From positions 4,749,547-4,813,546 of the forward strand of contig NC_069000.1 in the NCBI RefSeq assembly GCF_001194135.2: 64,000 nucleotides of DNA, written 5' to 3'. Source of the DNA: Octopus bimaculoides. Lineage: Eukaryota. Below, piece after piece: positions 13,467 through 25,497 of the stretch. A program made the position numbers and the translations under genes. The notes beneath the pieces are model-generated. The model did not search any database. It saw nothing but the letters and a program-made list of their open reading frames with translations, and had not been told where the DNA came from. Every line of letters starts with the position of its first letter. Within the stretch, counting starts at the first letter, position 1.

Positions 13467-13565
13467 TCTTCTTCTTCTTCTTCTTCTTCTTCTTCTTCTT
13501 CTTCTTCTTCTTCTTCTTCTTCTTCTTCTTCTTCTTCTTCTTCTTCTTCACCTCCTCCTCCTCCT
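13467..13565 (+). repeat. (CTT)n then (CCT)n trinucleotide tract
   Basis: Directly visible. Confidence 0.95.
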
Positions 13566-14480
13566 TCTTGCTGCTAATGCATATTCATTTCTTGTTGACG
13601 ATACCCAAAACTCTCCAATCACTTAATTAGTTTTCTTCTCCTCTTTACTTCTGTTCTGTTTTTTTTCTTCATCATACATTAAGAAATCTAATTGTTTCCC
13701 ACTCTAATCTCGCTAACACATAAATATATGTTCTATATTCTCGTTAAATCTCCGCCAACACCTCTTCGCTACACTTTGCAATTATTTCTCCAAGTTAATC
13801 TAGTTTACTCTTAATTAATACCTTCAAATATTTATTGGTAAAATTCTAATTAGTGTTAACCTTTTCCTGCAACAAACGTATAATTAACATGCCTACTAAC
13901 AATTATTTTCTTCATATCCGAAATTGGAATTGTTTAGTTCTTTTTTGCCTGTGTTTTGCCCAATGGATAATGGTCATATATAGCCTTTCACTGAATTAGT
14001 TGCCAGTAATAAAACCATCAATATTAAAATCTCCCGCAATTCGTACCACGTTTGTCTGACTGTTACCCAAAAATATCTTAGGTAAATATTTTAATTTAAA
14101 CTAGTAATACTTATCTGGATACACCTTTCCACTCTCCCGCCACCTCTCTCCCTCTCTTAGACTTATTGTATTTCTCGGCCCGTACATTTCATAAATATCA
14201 TATAGATATCACTTGTTTATTTTGAGCTGTAGCCTATCTACATACACCCATAAAGATAGTTGTATGTATTTACATGTACATGCACATGCATGCGTGTATG
14301 TATGTATACATATACACACACATATACATATATAATTATATATTTATGCACTTACATATACATATAATATATATATGTGTGTGTGTGAGAGAGAGTGTGT
14401 AAGTGAATGTATATTATATATTTACAAGAAGGGGGATGATAGTGGCTTCGAAGATTTTGCCTGCTAGCGTTCGTCTGAAA

Positions 14481-14520
14481 GTTCGATGAATGCTGGCTGG
14501 CCGAAACGTCGTAGTCAATG
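14481..14520 (+). ncRNA. Degenerate hammerhead-like motif, probably a dead Penelope-like element terminus
   Basis: tcGATGAa-tgct-ggct-ggcc-GAAA-cgt-c. The CUGA core is damaged and stem I is not recoverable. Confidence 0.3.
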
Positions 14521-14708
14521 TCACGCTTGCTCTTGTAAAAAGTGATTATGAATATGTACTCCGCAAAACGTATTCAGTAATTCTTCCGTTTAACATTATA
14601 TATACTATGCATAATACAAATACATACTGCTTGTTACATTATACGATAAATTTCCGAATATTTTGCTTCGCATCAAATAGAAAGTTTCAAATCTTTTAAA
14701 ATTAAGAG

Positions 14709-14747
<39 letters not shown>

Positions 14748-15164
14748 AGAAGTAAGTATATCACGTGTTTACATATTCTGCAAAACACACAGACATTTTG
14801 GTACATCTCACTTATAGCAAACTTTCTGCTTTCTATAATGTTATTTTGTGCTTTATTTAAAAGTCCTATATCATAACATGTTATTTACTTCACATCTGTT
14901 TTGTGATACAAAGTAATCAAAGTCAATTTGTAAACATATCCATCACTTTTGTTATTAATATCTACTCCTAACTTATCATTCCACGTAGAACTTTATAATA
15001 TGTAAACATATTTCAATTGCGTTTATCAAAACCAAAAATCTTCTGTGTTCGATATATCTTAATAATAATGATAAATGCTGTGTTTATTGATAACATGGTT
15101 TGTTATGTGAGACGTGTTTCCCGCTTTTTCTTCTTCTTTTTTTTTTGTTTTCGATACGGCGAAT

Positions 15165-15367
15165 TTATGGTTGCTGTTGTTGTTGTTGTTGCTGTTGTTT
15201 AACCATCGCCAGCACCACCACCGTCAGCTCCCACACGCCCTTTTTCATGGAATGTACCAATACATTGTTTGATAATGGATTTTTGTCATTTTTAACACCG
15301 TCTCTATTCTAAATCGTTTAAGAAGTCATCACCATCACCCCCGTCCACGTCGTCGTTATCATCATCG

Positions 15368-15415
<48 letters not shown>

Positions 15416-15725
15416 ACAACAACAGCACTAACACTAACACTTACATCACCACCACCGTCACCACCGCTACCAACACCATCATCATCATCATCATCATCAT
15501 CAACACCATTACTGCTGCCACTATCACTACCGCCAACACCACCCTGATCAACACGACAACCATCATCATCATCAGCATCATCCTCACCACCACAACTGCC
15601 ACCACCACCAATGACACCACCGTTACCACTACACCCCTCCTGCTGCTGCTCCTCCTCCTCCTCCTCCTCCTCATCATCATCATTATCATCGTCATCATTA
15701 TCATCATTGTCATTGTCGTCGTTGT
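15165..15725. repeat. Compound trinucleotide low-complexity block (GTT, ATC, ACC, TCC)
   Basis: Directly visible; source of the poly-D/E/G ORF 15304-15813. Confidence 0.92.
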
Positions 15726-15789
15726 TTTCATTGTCGACTTCGTCACTGCTCCACCCATTACTGCTGTTCCAATTTCTTTTCGCTCTGAA

Positions 15790-15880
15790 CAGAAATCCCA
15801 TTGAGGTCAACATTGCATTTCGTCCCTTTGAGATCGATAAAATAAAACACTAGTCAAGTACTGGAGTCGATGGTATTGAC
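15790..15880 (+). mobile_element. SINE family B degenerate fragment
   Basis: aaatcccattgaggtcaacattgcatttcgtccctttgagatcgataaaataaa...ctggagtcgatg. Confidence 0.65.
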
Positions 15881-16429
15881 CCCAAAATGCTTGTCCTTTA
15901 AAATGTTTATCCTTGCGCTTCAATCGGAGACAATATTTTTATTACTAGCATGTTACCCGACTTTTAGCACCAAGTATAATACGAAAGAAATATAGCATAC
16001 GTGTAATAATTATAATTTAACAATAATTTAACTTTCATCAAGTTTTATGGCTCTTACATAAAACGATGAAATGAAAACTAATTATCAATCGGAAAATATT
16101 AATTACTTTAAAATAAAATTAAGTATAATTTCTCATTTTGATATTTGCAATAAATGCGTTATTGTTTTCTAATTTTTATGAGCGTAATCGCAGACTACTG
16201 CATTGAACAACCTATGTCTGTACAACTTATGTATAAAAATAAGGAACAATGCATATATTCTCTCCAGAAAGATCTGAAACCCTCATTCTGCATCTGGTAT
16301 ATTAAGTGTGTCTGCATCGCTCTTTTCATCTCTTTCCCCTTCTCTGTATATTGACGGAAACCATGACGGAAATCAACGAGCAATCAACTAGAATATATAA
16401 CGGCAATTATTCAGGTATTATCATTACTA

Positions 16430-16644
16430 TAGTCTTCTTCTTCGTCGTTATCGTCGTCGTCGTCGGCATCTTCTTCCTCCTCCTCCTTCTTCACTCCTCC
16501 TTCCTCCTCCTCCTTCTTCACTCCTCCTTCCTCCTCCTCCTCCTCATCATCCTCATCATCACCACCACCACCACCACCACCACCTACACCACCACCACCA
16601 CCACCACCACCATCATCGTCATCATCATCATCATCATCATCATC
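16430..16644. repeat. Compound trinucleotide block with a 27-bp tandem duplication
   Basis: (TCG)(TCC)(ACC)(ATC) runs; ttcctcctcctccttcttcactcctcc occurs twice. Confidence 0.9.
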
Positions 16645-17060
16645 ATGGCGAGCTAGTAATGTCCTTACGTGAGGTCGTGAGGTCGTGATTTCGATTCTCG
16701 GCAGGGCGTTTTTTTCCTTGACCAAGGCATTTTTTTCTCGTTGCTCCAATTAACGCAGCTGGCAAAATATAAGCTGCACCTGCATAATATAATGTAATAT
16801 AATATAACATAATATATAATATAATATAATGTAATATAAGGTATAATCTGCACCTGTAATTAAAAATATAAGCTGTACCTGTAATTCTAACGGTTAGCCT
16901 TGTCTCTTTCTGTGTCCCATTGAATCTTCCTGAGAAGTACCTTAGTAGGACGCATGATTTTGCTGTTCTCTGAAACTTGTAACTTAATCTCATGAGCAGA
17001 CTGTTTGTTCCGTTGATCGAATCACCTGGAACATTCGTCGTCGTAACAGACGGAGAGCCA
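16645..17060 (+). mobile_element. SINE family D, near full length, with internal AT-rich expansion
   Basis: Head tggcgagctagt..gaggtcgtgatttcgattctcggc; core ccttgaccaaggcattttttt..gctccaattaacgcagctggcaaaa; tail catgagcagactg..ccgttgatcg..gtcgtcgtaacagacggagagcca. Confidence 0.75.
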
Positions 17061-17599
17061 AGCTACTCAGCTATTTAAATATTTCTTGCAGGCATAGGAA
17101 TTCTGTTGGCCGAACAATTGAATTCACATCGTCGAGAATGACGGAGAACCCGTCTTTGTTACTTTAAACATATGTTTGTTATTTTAGATTTACACAATTA
17201 ATTATGTCTGGTCATACAGAAATTATCATCAAATATTAGAGGTAGAGCCATTAACCCGCAATATCTCCAAGCCATATTTTGCAATCATATTTAATAATGT
17301 TTGTTTTCCTATCAATTTTCAGATTATATTTGCAGACAATTATATAATTTTCCAGCAGTAGAGATACAACGCTTCTTTAATGTTTTAATATGAATCTAGA
17401 CATCATCATATTTCTTGTTCATATTTCTACAGCTACCGAATATATTTTCCATTGTTGCAGCAAAACATGAAAACGAGGTAGTCAGTCCATGCGGCGTTGA
17501 TCAAACTGCTAAAGATAGCCGTCCAATCACATTAAGGTCGTACTCTTCTGTCCTGAAAATCAAAGAATGGGGTGATTAGGAGGAAATCTTAATTTGTCG

Positions 17600-17905
17600 G
17601 TACGATCTGCAACAGCTCAAGGACAAACCTCCCTCAAATCAATAATCGCATGGCTATATTAACGGGTACGATTTGCAAGAAGTCATAGGAAAACCTCGTA
17701 TAAATTATTTATCGTATCGTCATACCTCCAAGAACAACCCGCAATAAATCATAGCTAAAGTTCCCTCAAATGTGATCATATTACTACATATGCGGTTGTG
17801 AGATGCACGAAATCATAGCACGAGTTCGTTCCAATCCGTCATCGTGTCATTATACATGCAAATACGATAAGCAAGAAATCATAGCCAAACACCCTTCAAA
17901 TTACT
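17600..17905 (+). repeat. Degenerate tandem array, about 66-bp period, 5 units
   Basis: Motif gcaa(g)aaatcatagc....ccctcaaat recurs at 17609, 17675, 17741, 17805 and 17871 (spacings 66, 66, 64, 66). Confidence 0.75.
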
Positions 17906-18014
17906 TAACGTATTCTAGTAAAACTGAGACAGACTAAACCGTAATAATATCCTAGATTCATTGCACCTGAAAAGAAAAGGATGGGATAATTATATGTCGG
18001 ATGTTTTTCATCAC

Positions 18015-18165
18015 AGTCGTGCGCACGCTTAAGGTCCCGGATGTGCGTTTAAATAGCAGAAGTCACGCTTCCTTACCACCGCCGCCGCCGCCCCGACGTA
18101 CCTACTCGTAAGCGACGATAACAACAGCAAGTAACATACTTGCGCTCGAATCCGCCGAAACGTGT
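18015..18165. promoter_or_regulatory. CpG/GC-rich promoter-like patch
   Basis: Unique, CpG-dense sequence in an AT-rich background. Contains TTTAAATA at 18048-18055, a (GCC)n run, a plus-strand donor-like gtaagc at 18108 and minus-strand donor-like gtaagg/gtacgt. Confidence 0.35.
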
Positions 18166-18184
18166 TGAGAATAGATATTCAAGA

Positions 18185-18223
<39 letters not shown>

Positions 18224-19116
18224 TTGTATATGCTGCTATAAGTTTAAAGTACATTTTGCGGAAGACGCTGAGAGTTTTATTTCCTCACAAGAACACGATA
18301 TTATTTTATTGCTGAAAAGCAGAGATATTTTGATATTATAGTTATTGTTTTTCATCGCCTTCGTAAAAAAAATATTTTCACTTTTCTTTCTATTTTGTTC
18401 GTAACATATTGTTGCCTTGTTTCATATACTGCTGCTGTAGCTACGACGCGTTATTCTTATTGGTTCATTCTGACAACATTGATGACATTTTGTAGCACAG
18501 GAAGGAAGATATTAGCAGTATTAGTTTGCAGTCAGTGATATATAAAATGTATTTTGCAGTTTGTAAGGGTGACTACTTCAAATACGTTTCGGTTTTCATA
18601 GTTGAATCATCAACAAAGCACAGCCGAAATTACTTTCGGAAATCGAGTCCATGTTTGTCGATGCGTTTCTTCTACTCTTCTCGCTTTACGTTCCATCATG
18701 CGTGGATATCGATTCCAACTCGAGAGCAATGAATGTATTTCATTGTAGTTATCGTGGTTACAGCTTTGTTCGAGATGCACGTTTTGACAACCCCAGCTCG
18801 TGTGCAGGTCATTTTTATGAAACAGCTCATGTGGTTGGTCGTTGACTCAAAATGAGCTCATCCGACCTTTGACAGTATCACTACTACCGTCCTCACTTGG
18901 AAATCCAAATAGGGGAACCCGTTTAGTCGCCGACAACTCAACCATTTCCGCCTCCTTTGTTCTTTTCAATGAATTGTACTCGCAGCGAAATGTATATTTA
19001 GACAAGATCTGTGGCGCCCGATCTAGAGAATAAACATTCAATGGTGTTCCGGAGAGTCACTAAGCTGAATAAAAATCCGCAGTATTCTTCTATTTTTTTT
19101 CGTTCACTTGTTTCAG

Positions 19117-19210
19117 GCACGTGGCTGCAGCAATTCAGGAGTACTGCCTTAAAAGGTTTTGGTCGAAGCCTTGTACTTATACTATCGGGTTCTTTTCCCT
19201 AACCGCTAAG
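19117..19210 (+). other. Candidate 94-nt exon (probably 5' UTR)
   Basis: Strong acceptor ttcttctatttttttt cgttcacttgtttcag, donor AAG/gtaaac; contains no ATG. Confidence 0.4.
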
Positions 19211-20162
19211 GTAAACACACCAACACAGGTTGTCAGGCGGTAATGAAGTGGGAGTCGGACAAACGCAGACACACACACACACACGCACGCACTTAGATAT
19301 ATACATACAGAAAGAATTTGCTACTATTTTTTTTAATCGAGTCTCCATATGTAGTTTATTTTCGTCGTGTCGTCTGAGCGAAATAAACATCATCTCTGTC
19401 AACATTTTATTCACCGGTAAATTAAGGCCATCACTTCTCTATACCTTCCGTTTCATAAAACCAGCCGATGAGACGTTGTGATGTCAATTCGATCGATTTT
19501 ATAAGTCTGGAATAATATAAAATGTAAAACATCCCATAATTAAAAATGATATTCGAAATCAAAAACAAAAAATGTCAAAAAACAATGAACAATCAATTTT
19601 TATTTTATTATTTACCGATATTCGTTTTGTGATTGAATTTTAATTGGCGGTGTATTTCTTATGTTTATTGGATAACTTAAAAACACCAAAATAAATGAAA
19701 TGCAAAAAAAAAAAAGAAAAAAAGAATAGATTAAAAAATACAGGAAACGAAACGACAGAAAGCAAAATTATTTTGTAAATTTCAAATTTTCAACTGAAAA
19801 ATAGTGTAAAAAAGAACACCTAAATATCCACACATACAAAAGTAAAAAATATAAATAAATAAACATGAAGAATGAAGAATTATTTTCAATAAAAGAATTT
19901 ACCATCTTCTGTCTGCATGAATTTTATTTATTTATTTATGTATTTCCCAGTGTGAATATTTTTCTACGACTTAGAAGTATTCTTAGTTAATCTTACTCAT
20001 TCTCTCTTTTGCTTACTCGTATATTCTGCTACTGATATTTAATAAACGTTACGCGTTTATATACTTATACATACATATATACATATATATGCATATATAG
20101 GTAGATCTATAAATGCATTTATATATGTATATATGTACATAGTTTTACATACATACATGCAT

Positions 20163-20221
<59 letters not shown>

Positions 20222-20579
20222 NNNNNNNNNNNNNNNNNNNNNNNNNNNNNNNNNNNNNNNNNNNNNNNNNNNNNNNNNNNNNNNNNNNNNNNNNNNNNNN
20301 NNNNNNNNNNNNNNNNNNNNNNNNNNNNNNNNNNNNNNNTATATATATATATATATTTATATGTGTTTATGTCTATGTATATATATGTAAAATGTTCGGT
20401 TTTTTGGTGAGAAACTTTTCACTTTTCCAATATATTGATATTTCTCTCTACTACAACAAAAATTTTAAAAAATACCTTTTTGCTGGTGTTGTTGTTGTAT
20501 AATTGTTTTCCAAACAGAGTTTTGTATTCGTATTTAATTTTTGTTTACCAATTATCTTTTTCTTAACTTTCCTCTTTAT

Positions 20580-20588
20580 TATTATTAC

Positions 20589-20627
<39 letters not shown>

Positions 20628-20637
20628 CATTATTATT

Positions 20638-20677
<40 letters not shown>

Positions 20678-20695
20678 TTATTATTATTATTACTA
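20580..20695. repeat. (ATT)n-(GTT)n-(ATT)n tract
   Basis: Directly visible. Confidence 0.95.
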
Positions 20696-20697
20696 TT

Positions 20698-20983
20698 GAG
20701 GGGTTGAGATGGTAGAATCGCTGGCAAGCCGGGGGTAATGCTTATCTGTTCGTTTTCCCAATGCATTAAGTAGGCGATCTGGCAGAGTCGTTAGCGAGCC
20801 GGGCAAAATGCTTAGCGGTATTTCACCCGTCATTACGTTCTGAGGTTCAATTTCCTTCAACGTCGACTTTGCTTTCATCCTTTCGGGTTCGATGAATTAA
20901 GTACCAGTGAAACACAGCGGTCGCTATAATCGACTGGTCCCCTCCCCCAAAATTACAGATCTTGTGCCTTTAGTAGAAAGGAT
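20698..20983 (+). mobile_element. SINE family B: truncated head followed by a full copy
   Basis: Head at about 20700-20750, then tggcagagtcgttagcgagccgggcaaaatgcttagcggtatttc...aattaagtaccagt...agtagaaaggat. Confidence 0.88.
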
Positions 20984-21600
20984 ATACACTAAACTGTTAT
21001 GTTTCCCGCAGACAGCGTCCTATTGTTACCTCTTTCAGTGTCTTAGAAATGCCCTGAGATGAAATCATATTCCAAATGTCACGAGACTGAACCAAGGGAC
21101 CCTATCGAAGCCATCTTTCTGGACTTTGATGCCCCTAAACAGTAATACCGGACTTCAAATGATAAGTGGTTGCATATGTACCGCACATCTTTTTCGTGTG
21201 TAAGAGAACATGTTTCTTTTGATAAAGAATCCATCTGTTCTCTGTTTTACTATACATCAATCCAAATCATATGTATCATGCGGAAGCAGGAAAAGAGATA
21301 TGGGAGTGCCTTGGCTGATGAAGTATAAACGTATTGGATCTCTCATATACACAGAGACTCCTGGAGAGCTCATCCTTTTAACTACCTTGTCATCCCATGC
21401 CAACTTGATTTCAAGAATTCTATCAAATGAAGGTAATCGCGTGTGAAAGACATATGGCTGTCAACTGTGTTTCTAATATATATATAGATTAAAATCCCCT
21501 ATCGTTTTCCTTTGGCAAAGCAGTGTATGATGCTTACTGTTCCTCTCTCTATCTTTCGCAGGCTGGTTCGTATTAAAAAAGAATATTCGGTTGTATAAAG

Positions 21601-21662
21601 ATGGGGCTGAAAGAAATGTGGACGAGGAATTTTCCCTCTTTAACTAAAACTCTACAGAATGT
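21601..21662 (+). CDS. Candidate first coding exon (exon 21562-21662), MGLKEMWTRNFPSLTKTLQN(V), product unknown
   Basis: Acceptor ttcctctctctatctttcgcag; in-frame upstream TAA; ATG in context aagATGG; donor gtaaga at 21663. Unspliced, it stops after 21 codons. Confidence 0.35.
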
Positions 21663-21984
21663 GTAAGAGATACCAAGAATTACATAACAATAAAGCATTT
21701 TCGAAAAATAAGAATAAAAACAAAAGTAAACAAAATGCCAGTTTGAATAATATGAAAGTGCTGAGACTAAGAAAAGAAAAAAGAAAAAAAAGTTGTAGAA
21801 ATAAAATTGCTTCCAGGAATCGATATATTATCAAAGACTACTTGTGAAGACGAAGAAGAATTAAAAACAAGAAACGTTAGTTACGTAAAGGAATTGAACA
21901 GTCTAAATATAAAAGAAACGAAATCTACAGGGATCGGTCACAACAGACTTCAAATATGTCCACGTATAGAGAGAGAGCCTCCTT

Positions 21985-22025
<41 letters not shown>

Positions 22026-22207
22026 NNNNNNNNNNNNNNNNNNNNNNNNNNNNNNNNNNNNNNNNNNNNNNNNNNNNNNNNNNNNNNNNNNNNNNNNNNN
22101 NNNNNNNNNNNNNNNNNNNNNNNNNNNNNNNNNNNNNNNNNNNNNNNNNNNNNNNNNNNNNNNNNNNNNNNNNNNNNNNNNNNNNNNNNNNNNNNNNNNN
22201 NNNNNNN

Positions 22208-22254
<47 letters not shown>

Positions 22255-22374
22255 GTATGTATGTATGTATGTATATATATACTTATGTGCATATGTATGT
22301 ATGTGTGTGTGTTTGTATGTATATATATAAGGAGAAACAGGAGACCGCGAGAAAGAAGAGACGCATACAATTCT

Positions 22375-22390
22375 ACTGCTGCTGCTGCTG

Positions 22391-22461
<71 letters not shown>
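22375..22461. repeat. Sandwich repeat (GCT)n-(ACT)n-(GCT)n
   Basis: Directly visible. Confidence 0.95.
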
Positions 22462-22499
22462 AGAAACACAGCGACTGACAAAGTTATAAAGATTTACAC

Positions 22500-23380
22500 A
22501 TCGCTGACAAACATTCTCGGGAGACTAAGTGACCTTAAATTTTGACTAAATCCCAGATTATTCCTTTCCTTCGTTTCTTTCCTTCTCTTTTATTGATGAA
22601 GAATGAAAGAGTGACACCATCGAATACTAGTTTAAGATTAACCAATCATTCATTTACTGCGTCTCTGCCCACGAATTTGGCGACGGAATATCCATCTGTA
22701 TATGTGTAGAACCAACATCACAATGGACTACGTTCTAAGCACAACGTTTCCTTAACTCTTCTTTCTTTCGTTATTTAGATCATACTTATATGATATAAGG
22801 TTAAATTCTTGCTATTGAATGGGCCAGTTCTGCCATGCAGTGTCACACGGTGTCATGCTGTCAATAATTCTATCGGATTCTATCTATGACTCTGGTGCAA
22901 ATGATCGTAGAACACACAGCTGTTCAAAATTCTATCTTTAAACTTCTCTGTATTCAAATCTGAAATCTATTAAGAAATGTAAGGTCTTCTTTAACCTGAT
23001 GACGGAGGCTCGTCTCACCCACTGCTATTTAATTACATCCATACGGGGCGCATAGTGTGATGAAATAAATTTACCAAACATTATTATGGATCACTGAGCC
23101 CCCAGAAACAGCCGTTGGACTTATAGCACTTTTCTACCACCAATTTTATTTTCTCTGTCGTGTGTACTCTGAGTAAGTTGGACCTATTAATACAAATATC
23201 TATATATTTCTACATGAAAATTCATCAGTTGAAGAGTCCCACCGTTTGCTTCCTCTCGTTTTCCATGTATACAAATAATTATACCAAAACGTATTTGTAG
23301 TCACTATTGCACGTAACAACGATCCATTTAAATTCTGGTTTCCTGCGTCACTGTCATTTAATCTTTTAGCCACTTGAATT
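22500..23380 (-). mobile_element. Highly decayed LINE with RT-thumb and RNase H motifs (I-group-like)
   Basis: Minus strand gives FWGS (about 23095-23110), MRPV (about 23045-23056) and WFYTYTDGYS (about 22685-22715). The order matches WG...Y...RP.LEY followed by the RNase H YTDGS motif. Many stops and frameshifts. Confidence 0.45.
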
Positions 23381-25238
23381 TTGGATATTTCTTACTTTTC
23401 TTAACTATAATTTTCATAAATGTAATTATTTTTTCTCTTCCGGGTGTAATTTTAGCTTATTAATCGATATGTATTGATTCGTATATTTTCTTGAACAGAA
23501 AGCTCATTACGTAGTTGTCCTTTCTATGTTAAGGATATTCTTTCGGTAGAAGAGAATATTTAGATGAGTATTGTTCATTTGGCAACCCCGTTGTGGCTTC
23601 TATATTGACACATTCAGATGAGTGGTTATGGAATTGTTGTTGTCAGTGTGTGCAAGAGTGTGTGTGCGCGTGTGTGTATGAGTGTGTGCATGTGCATGTG
23701 TGTTTATGTGGGAGTGGGTTAGCGGAAGATGGTATGACAGCGAACGTTAGAAAGGAAAATCATTGAGGACGTGAGAAATTCAATTTTTATGTAATTTTCG
23801 TAAATATCAACATCGTCATCATTATTACAATTATTATTGTCATTATTATGTTCTCTTAGTATCATTGTCATAGATTGTTATCCCCACCTTCGTATTTTCT
23901 GCTTTTATCCGGTTCTTTGAAAAGTATGACAAAAACTCTCTGCTTCCATTTTCGTTCGTTCATCGACCAGCAACAATCAAACGCCGACATAACCACCGTC
24001 ATCTCCAACACCAATAACATCTCCATCATCATTAAAAAAAAAGCCTAGTTTCGCCTCCGTACCCCCTTTTCCATCATCCATCTACCATCTTCGTAATATT
24101 TAACTTTTTCAATTGACAATTATCAATGAAATTCAATTAATATTTCTTTTCTTACAATGTAATAGTTTCATTAAGCATTAATTTTCAGTCAAGTCTTCGC
24201 CACTTTTCATTTCAATAATTTTCGTTGAAATCATTGACCTCGAGCGAAAGGGATCCTCTTGAATAAGAATGGCTAATTGAAATTGCGAAAGAATTTCATG
24301 GAAAAGCGGAAAAATTATTATTGTTGAGGAGCTGTTAGGAAAACGAGCGAAAATATTAATGAGACAACAAAGAAAGAATTATGTATTTTTTGAATTGAAC
24401 AGAAATGTTTACGCACGACAAATAAGGCTATGGAATTATATTTTCTCCATTAGCTTCTGTATATGTTTCATGTTTTTTTTTTAATATATATTTCTGTATT
24501 GGTGTCTCTCACTTGTAAACATCCATCTGTCGTCTGCGTATGTGTGGTGTGTGTATGAATATTTGTGTTTGAGAGAGAGAGGGGGGAGGAGAGAGACTAT
24601 GTGTGTGTAGATGTGATCAATTGCTCTTGTAGTATTCGTTATTTCATTATCGGCGTTCGAACATAAATAACTCAGCGAATTTCAAAAGACAAAACAATGT
24701 GACGTACTTTCACAAGAGACAGGACAGACGTAAACAAAAACTAAATGAAAAAAATGATAGAAATGGATTAGAAATGAAAGGGCCTGTTATTGTAAAGGGT
24801 CAGGTTTAATAAAATAATAAATGACATGAAATGCAGTATTATATAGCAGAGAATAGATTGAAAAAATAGTTGTTAATCGAAATATTAAAAAAATATATAT
24901 TACGCTTCTAATAGGCATTAGTTAGACATATTAAGGAAATTGAAAGAATGAAAGAAAGAGAGATAAACGTATGTAAAAATACAGAAACACACAAACACAC
25001 ATATAGATATTCATAGACAGAGGTTGAGTGAAAGAGCGAGGGAGAGAAAGAGAGAGAGAGAGAGAACCAGAGAGATTAATGATAAGATGAAGCATAGAAA
25101 ACGAATTGAAAACAAGTTGCTTCGTGCTTTGGAAAACCGGCTTCTTTTGCTATTTCACAAAAAGGAAGCTAAAGTGATTTTAGAAAATTGCTATTTTTAA
25201 ATCTCACAACGAGAGATATTCAACAACAGTACTTTGTA

Positions 25239-25497
25239 GTAAAGATTGTTTGCCAACATAACATGGCAGTCCTGGTTTAGGACGAATGTTGCTGTAATTT
25301 AGCCCCAGCAGACATTCGTCTTCAGCTGGCTATACGACACGATCTGTGTTTTTACATTTTCGAACACGGGAATCTAGCACCCCCACGCAGCTTGTTCGAA
25401 AATATAAAGACACAGAGACGATGTCTCCTGGGGATAAATTACAGCAATATTCGTCCTAAACCAGGACTCCCATTTTATGTTGGCAAACAATCCTTAC
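25239..25497. mobile_element. Fold-back MITE with TA target duplication
   Basis: Left gtaaagattgtttgccaacataa..gtcctggtttaggacgaatgttgctgtaattta pairs with right taaattacagcaatattcgtcctaaaccaggac..ttatgttggcaaacaatccttac. Inner arm ctgtgtttttacattttcgaaca pairs with tgttcgaaaatataaagacacag. TA at 25237-38 and 25498-99. Confidence 0.88.

Noticed and set aside
14712-14743. Poly(A) run as the tail of a processed pseudogene
   Set aside because: No upstream ORF or target-site duplication identified.
15304-16749. Acidic and glycine-rich ORFs (15304-15813, 16411-16749) resembling low-complexity proteins
   Set aside because: They arise wholly from trinucleotide repeats, with no unique domain or convincing splice context. 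The same applies to 27117-27443 and 62764-63084.
17600-17905. CRISPR-like periodicity (66 bp)
   Set aside because: Units are degenerate along their whole length, the context is eukaryotic and there are no cas genes.
18733-18855. MYFIVVIVVTALFEMHVLTTPARVQVIFMKQLMWLV resembling the nicotinic/chemotactile receptor M3 region
   Set aside because: Spacing to putative M1/M2 motifs is wrong, no Cys-loop or M4 could be recovered, and stops flank it. The block is kept only as an unexplained finding.
21040-21450. Unique-looking block with a moderately open minus frame
   Set aside because: No recognisable motif or splice signals; probably an old repeat.
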